Shown here piece after piece: positions 28,588-32,000 of a stretch of 32,000 nucleotides of DNA. Each line of letters begins with the position of its first letter. Position 1 is the stretch's first letter. The stretch lies in assembly GCF_000406145.1 (NCBI RefSeq), contig NZ_CM001976.1, positions 2,861,337 through 2,893,336 of the forward strand. Direction: 5' to 3'. Position numbers and translations under genes: made by a program. Source of the stretch: Dickeya dadantii NCPPB 898 (lineage in GTDB: Bacteria > Pseudomonadota > Gammaproteobacteria > Enterobacterales > Enterobacteriaceae). The notes under the pieces were generated by a model. It saw only the letters and a program-made list of their open reading frames with translations. It was not told the origin of the DNA and did no database searches.

Positions 28588-28617
28588 GAAAAAGAAAACC
28601 TCCGCCGTGGCGGAGGT
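28588..28617 (-). terminator. rmf intrinsic terminator (hairpin shared with the aroH 3' end)
   Basis: CCTCCGCC-(3 nt)-GGCGGAGG followed on the minus strand by TTTTCTTTTT. Confidence 0.8.
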
Positions 28618-28645
28618 CGTTCCCTTTTCGATTGACAAGGCGCGA

Positions 28646-28813
28646 TCAGGCAATCGCCGCCCTGTCCTCCATGGCCTCTCGCCAACCTCCCAACCAGTTA
28701 GACCGGGCATCGATCGATTGATAAGGACAGAGCTCCTTGGACCGGCCAACGATACCAGCCTGGTAGCCCCGTGAATGCGCCCGTGCCAGACGATCTCTTT
28801 TCTGTCTCTTCAT
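28646..28813 (-). CDS. rmf: Ribosome modulation factor, 55 aa
   Basis: Manual translation gives MKRQKRDRLARAHSRGYQAGIVGRSKELCPYQSIDARSNWLGGWREAMEDRAAIA. This is near-identical to E. coli Rmf (MKRQKRDRLERAHQRGYQAGIAGRSKEMCPYQ...WLGGWREAM...). Below the 60-aa cutoff of the ORF track. Downstream of pqiC, as in E. coli. Confidence 0.92.
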   Translation of the reverse strand: MKRQKRDRLARAHSRGYQAGIVGRSKELCPYQSIDARSNWLGGWREAMEDRAAIA

Positions 28814-29084
28814 GCCTTGTTTCCCTCATTTCGACTCTGGTGGAAAGAAAACAGTGGTTACTTTTCACGCAACCACACCCTATGAATAGCCATTTGGGAG
28901 GCGAAGATCAAGGCGCAAAATTCACGCCATTGTCATATTTGTGAACCAGAATAAAGAATTTTCTGTGAGACAAAGCCACATTTTGGGCTAACAGGCTGAG
29001 ACAAAAACAAAACCCCTGGAAACCGATCGTGATCACAAAAACGAGATCCAGAGGTATTTGCTATAACTCAATTCGTATTGGTAT

Positions 29085-29115
29085 AAAAGCGCCCCGTTTT
29101 CTACGTCGAACGGCG
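29085..29115 (-). terminator. Putative terminator after pqiC
   Basis: Minus strand CGCCGTT-(10 nt)-AACGGGGCG (one bulge) followed by CTTTTAT, starting right after the stop at 29117. Confidence 0.45.
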
Positions 29116-29116
29116 A

Positions 29117-29680
29117 TCAGGCGCCGGCCTGCAGGCGCTGGCGTACCTGCTCCGCCACCTGCTGCCAGCCTTTGCCGAGCGCGCCTATCAGTGCGTCGTA
29201 GCCGTCTTCGGCCTGCGGCACCTCGATATTGAACGGCTGGGTGATCACGCGTTTACCGCCTTGCAGCACCCATTCGCCGCGAATCACCGCTTTGCCGTCA
29301 AACCGCCCCTGAAACGCCGTCACATTGACCTGCAAGCTGGAAGCGTTATCGCTGGCAGCGCCGGTCGCGGCGACATGCCAGCCCGGCAGGCCGTTGCGCA
29401 GCGACGCCACCAGCGCCTGCTGCAACTGCTGGTCCAGCGGGCTGGCCCACAGATTATTGGTCGCGATGGTGTAACGTACCGCCGAAGTCTGGAACACGAT
29501 GCCGTTCCCTGCCAGCGAATCCACCAGAGTGACCGGAGCCACCCACAGCTGACGCCCTTCGGTCGACGCCACCGACACACTGGTGTTCTGCGTGGCGGCA
29601 GGCAGTTGATAATAGACTTTCTGCGGGCTGCTACAGGCGCCCAGCAACAACACCAGCCACAACGGCCATCGCTTTATCAT
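29117..29680 (-). CDS. pqiC: Membrane integrity lipoprotein PqiC (YmbA), 187 aa
   Basis: Lipobox LLLGAC. ATG overlaps the pqiB stop (ATGA). Position after pqiB. Confidence 0.85.
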   Translation of the reverse strand: MIKRWPLWLVLLLGACSSPQKVYYQLPAATQNTSVSVASTEGRQLWVAPVTLVDSLAGNGIVFQTSAVRYTIATNNLWASPLDQQLQQALVASLRNGLPGWHVAATGAASDNASSLQVNVTAFQGRFDGKAVIRGEWVLQGGKRVITQPFNIEVPQAEDGYDALIGALGKGWQQVAEQVRQRLQAGA

Positions 29681-31323
29681 GGTTTCGCCTTCTTCGGTTG
29701 TGGATCTCGGGCACCCGGTGCCTCGAAGATCAGGGCATTACTCTTGTCGTTCAGGGTACGCAGCAACGGCTGCAATTCACGCAGCGTCTGATCCAAACGC
29801 TGCATGTCGCCCACCATACGGTTATACGCCGGCGAACCGGGCTGCACGCCCTGCAGGCTGTGGTTCAGTTCGCGCAGCGTACGCTGCATATCCTCCGGCA
29901 ACTGCTGCATCGCCTCGCTGTTAGTCAACGTGTTGAGCGATACCAACGTTTTTTGCAGTTCGCGCAGGGTGGACTGGCTTTCCGCCAGCGTCTTCGTCGC
30001 CTGTTCCACCATCGGGTTGAGCGGCAGGCTATTGATTTTATCCAGCACCGACATCAGTTTCTGCTGGATCTGCGTCAGGCCGCCGTTAACCGTCGGCAAC
30101 ACCGGGTAGCCATCCATCGACGTCAGCGACGTCACGCGGCCTTTCTGCTGCGGATAAAAATCCAGATCCACGTACAGCGCGCCGGTCAGCAGATTGGCGG
30201 TCTTCATCGACGCCCGCATACCAGAGACCGCGCCCTTACTCAGTTCCTGTTCCAGATTGATCTGGTCGCGCAGCCCTTGCTTCAGCCGGCCCGGTTCGAT
30301 ACGTACCAGTACCGGGATGCGGTAATCGCTGTCGAAACTCTGCGGCAGATTGTGCGGGAAGAACGGCACTTCCGCGACGGTTCCCAGCCGGATGCCGCGG
30401 AATTCGACCGGCGCCCCCGCCTGCAGGCCGCGTACCGACTCATCGAAAAACAGCAGGTATTCTTTGTACTCGGTATAGAGCGAATCCTGAATGCTGTTCT
30501 GATTGTCAAACAGCTGGAATTCGTCGCGCTCATGAGCCGGGTTGCCCACTTCCCAACCGGCAGGCACATCAAAGCTGACGCCGCCGCTTAGCAACGTGCT
30601 GAGCGACCCCATTTCCACCCGCATCCCCTGCGCGGACAGATTCAGCGCCACGCCGCTGTCTTTCCAGAAACGAACATTCGCCGTGACCAGTTGGTCATAG
30701 GGCGCGGCGACAAACAGCTGATACTGCATCTTTCTGGCCGCAGGATCAAAGTGGCTGGTTTCCACCGATCCGACCCGGTAGCCGCGGAACAGCACCGGAT
30801 CGCCGGCGGTCAACTGCCCGGACTGCTCGCTGTTGAGAATAATGCGGATCCCTTTGGCGTCCGGCGACGCCAGCGGCGGCGAATCCAGCAGTTTGAAAGC
30901 GCGGCTGTCTTCCTTGTTGGACCCCGGCTGAAGCTCGATGAAAGAGCCGGACAACAGCGTCCCAAGCCCGGAGACGCCTTCGCGGCCTATCTGCGGTTTC
31001 ACCACCCAGAACACCGAATCCTTGCTCAGCAGCTTATCCATGCCGTCGTTAAGACGCGCCTTGATTTCCACCTGCTGCAGGTCTTCGCTCAGCATCACGC
31101 TTTCCACCACCCCCACATTCACGCTGCGGCTCTTGATCGCCGTTTTTCCCGCCTCGATCCCCTCGGCGTTGCTGGTGGTCAGCGTGATTTCCGGCCCCTG
31201 ATGACTCACGTGATAAAACAGAATCCAGGCGCCAATCAGCACGGTCACAATCGGTACAATCCATACCGGCGACCAGCGTTTGATGCTTTCGATCTGCGCC
31301 ATGCCTTGATTAGTTTTCGTCAA
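29677..31323 (-). CDS. pqiB: Intermembrane transport protein PqiB (three MCE domains), ~548 aa
   Basis: ...IKRWSPVWIVPIVTVLIGAWILFYHVSHQGPEITLTTSNAEGIEAGKTAIKSRSVNVGVVES... is collinear with E. coli PqiB (546 aa). Start is probably TTG 31323 (AGGAG SD 7 nt upstream); the alternative is ATG 31302. The track start 31377 is rejected. Confidence 0.9.
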   Translation of the reverse strand: MTKTNQGMAQIESIKRWSPVWIVPIVTVLIGAWILFYHVSHQGPEITLTTSNAEGIEAGKTAIKSRSVNVGVVESVMLSEDLQQVEIKARLNDGMDKLLSKDSVFWVVKPQIGREGVSGLGTLLSGSFIELQPGSNKEDSRAFKLLDSPPLASPDAKGIRIILNSEQSGQLTAGDPVLFRGYRVGSVETSHFDPAARKMQYQLFVAAPYDQLVTANVRFWKDSGVALNLSAQGMRVEMGSLSTLLSGGVSFDVPAGWEVGNPAHERDEFQLFDNQNSIQDSLYTEYKEYLLFFDESVRGLQAGAPVEFRGIRLGTVAEVPFFPHNLPQSFDSDYRIPVLVRIEPGRLKQGLRDQINLEQELSKGAVSGMRASMKTANLLTGALYVDLDFYPQQKGRVTSLTSMDGYPVLPTVNGGLTQIQQKLMSVLDKINSLPLNPMVEQATKTLAESQSTLRELQKTLVSLNTLTNSEAMQQLPEDMQRTLRELNHSLQGVQPGSPAYNRMVGDMQRLDQTLRELQPLLRTLNDKSNALIFEAPGARDPQPKKAKP

Positions 31324-32000
31324 CGGAACGCTCCTCTCCTTGCACGTGATGCCGATCCCACAGCAGGCGGGGATCAAAGGTCATTGCGGCAATCATGGTC
31401 AATATGACCACGGTGGCAAACAACACCGCGCCGATGGCCGGATAAATGCTCATCAGTCGGCCCATACGCACCATCGCCGACAATACGGCGATGACAAAGA
31501 CATCGATCATCGACCAGCGGCCGACAAATTCCACGACTTCATACACCAGATGCAGCCGCTCAGTATCGTAACGACGCGAGCCGTGCGCACACCAGCACAA
31601 CCAGCCCATCGCCAGCATTTTCAGCGTCGGCACCATGATACTGGCGATGAAAATTACCAGCGCCACCGGCCACGAACCGGAATCCCATAGTAAGATCACG
31701 CCGGACATGATCGTCGAGGTGATGCTATGACCGAGCGCTTCGGTGACCATAATCGGCATCACGTTGGCGGGCACATACAGCAGCACCGACGTCAGCAACA
31801 GCGCCAGCGTCCATTGCAGGCTGTGGCGCCGTCGGGCATGGCCGTGGGTGTGACATCGCGGGCAACGGAGCTCATCGGCGGGCAGGATAGCGCTACAACA
31901 GGTGCAGGCGCGTACGCCTTGATCCAACCCGCTGCGGCCGGTTTCCAGCCCCGCCGGCATCGGCGGCGGCGGCGCGACGTCGTCCCACAGCCAGCGGCGA
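31310..32000 (-). CDS. pqiA: Paraquat-inducible/intermembrane transport protein PqiA, C-terminal part (5' end off the right edge)
   Basis: ...CPRCHTHGHARRRHSLQWTLALLLTSVLLYVPANVMPIMV...VVEFVGRWSMIDVFVIAVL... matches the second half of E. coli PqiA. The frame stays open upstream of the track ATG (31960) to the window end. Confidence 0.87.
   Translation of the reverse strand, partial: RRWLWDDVAPPPPMPAGLETGRSGLDQGVRACTCCSAILPADELRCPRCHTHGHARRRHSLQWTLALLLTSVLLYVPANVMPIMVTEALGHSITSTIMSGVILLWDSGSWPVALVIFIASIMVPTLKMLAMGWLCWCAHGSRRYDTERLHLVYEVVEFVGRWSMIDVFVIAVLSAMVRMGRLMSIYPAIGAVLFATVVILTMIAAMTFDPRLLWDRHHVQGEERSVDEN

Noticed and set aside
28960-28980. CRP-like TGTGAGACAAAGCCACA upstream of rmf.
   Set aside because: The half-sites match only with a 7-nt spacer. 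With the canonical 6-nt spacing the right half fails.

Overview
The window is a GC-rich Enterobacterales chromosome segment. The aryl-beta-glucoside (arb/bgl-type) operon and the Lpp sequence suggest Pectobacteriaceae, possibly Dickeya-like, but I cannot confirm the taxon. Almost all of it is conserved housekeeping DNA, largely syntenic with the E. coli pykF-lpp-ldtE-suf-menI-ydiJ-ydiK-rprA...ppsA-ppsR-aroH region. Gene order, left to right: bglF (partial) and bglG with two RAT/terminator antitermination switches; an Lrp/AsnC regulator; azlCD; a visibly AT-rich insert carrying an Old-Yellow-Enzyme-type flavin oxidoreductase and a LysR regulator; pykF; lpp; ldtE; sufEDSCBA (sufA-B-C-D-S-E on the minus strand); an unassigned 133-aa ORF; menI; ydiJ; ydiK; the sRNA RprA; ppsA; ppsR; aroH; rmf (55 aa, missed by the ORF track); pqiC; pqiB; pqiA (partial). 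I see no transposase, integrase, phage gene, CRISPR array, tRNA/rRNA, toxin-antitoxin pair or recognisable defence system, and I cannot honestly claim a new multi-gene system. Five things deserve a second look. (1) A set of sequence-unrelated short tandem repeats, mostly with a 15-bp period, lies in intergenic spacers. One is a four-unit array that includes the sufE start codon and creates four in-frame ATGs. (2) An uncharacterised ORF sits behind a Fur-like box, divergent from suf. (3) A GGGAAT-N5-TCCC motif family occurs in the AT-rich insert, including a 31-bp direct repeat that brackets the oxidoreductase gene. (4) The sufB-sufC and sufS-sufE spacers appear expanded and structured. (5) About 500 bp upstream of pykF is unassigned and carries an 18-bp repeat. 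Many ORF-track start coordinates are too far upstream. I re-set them by comparison with E. coli orthologue sequences recalled from memory and by Shine-Dalgarno position.
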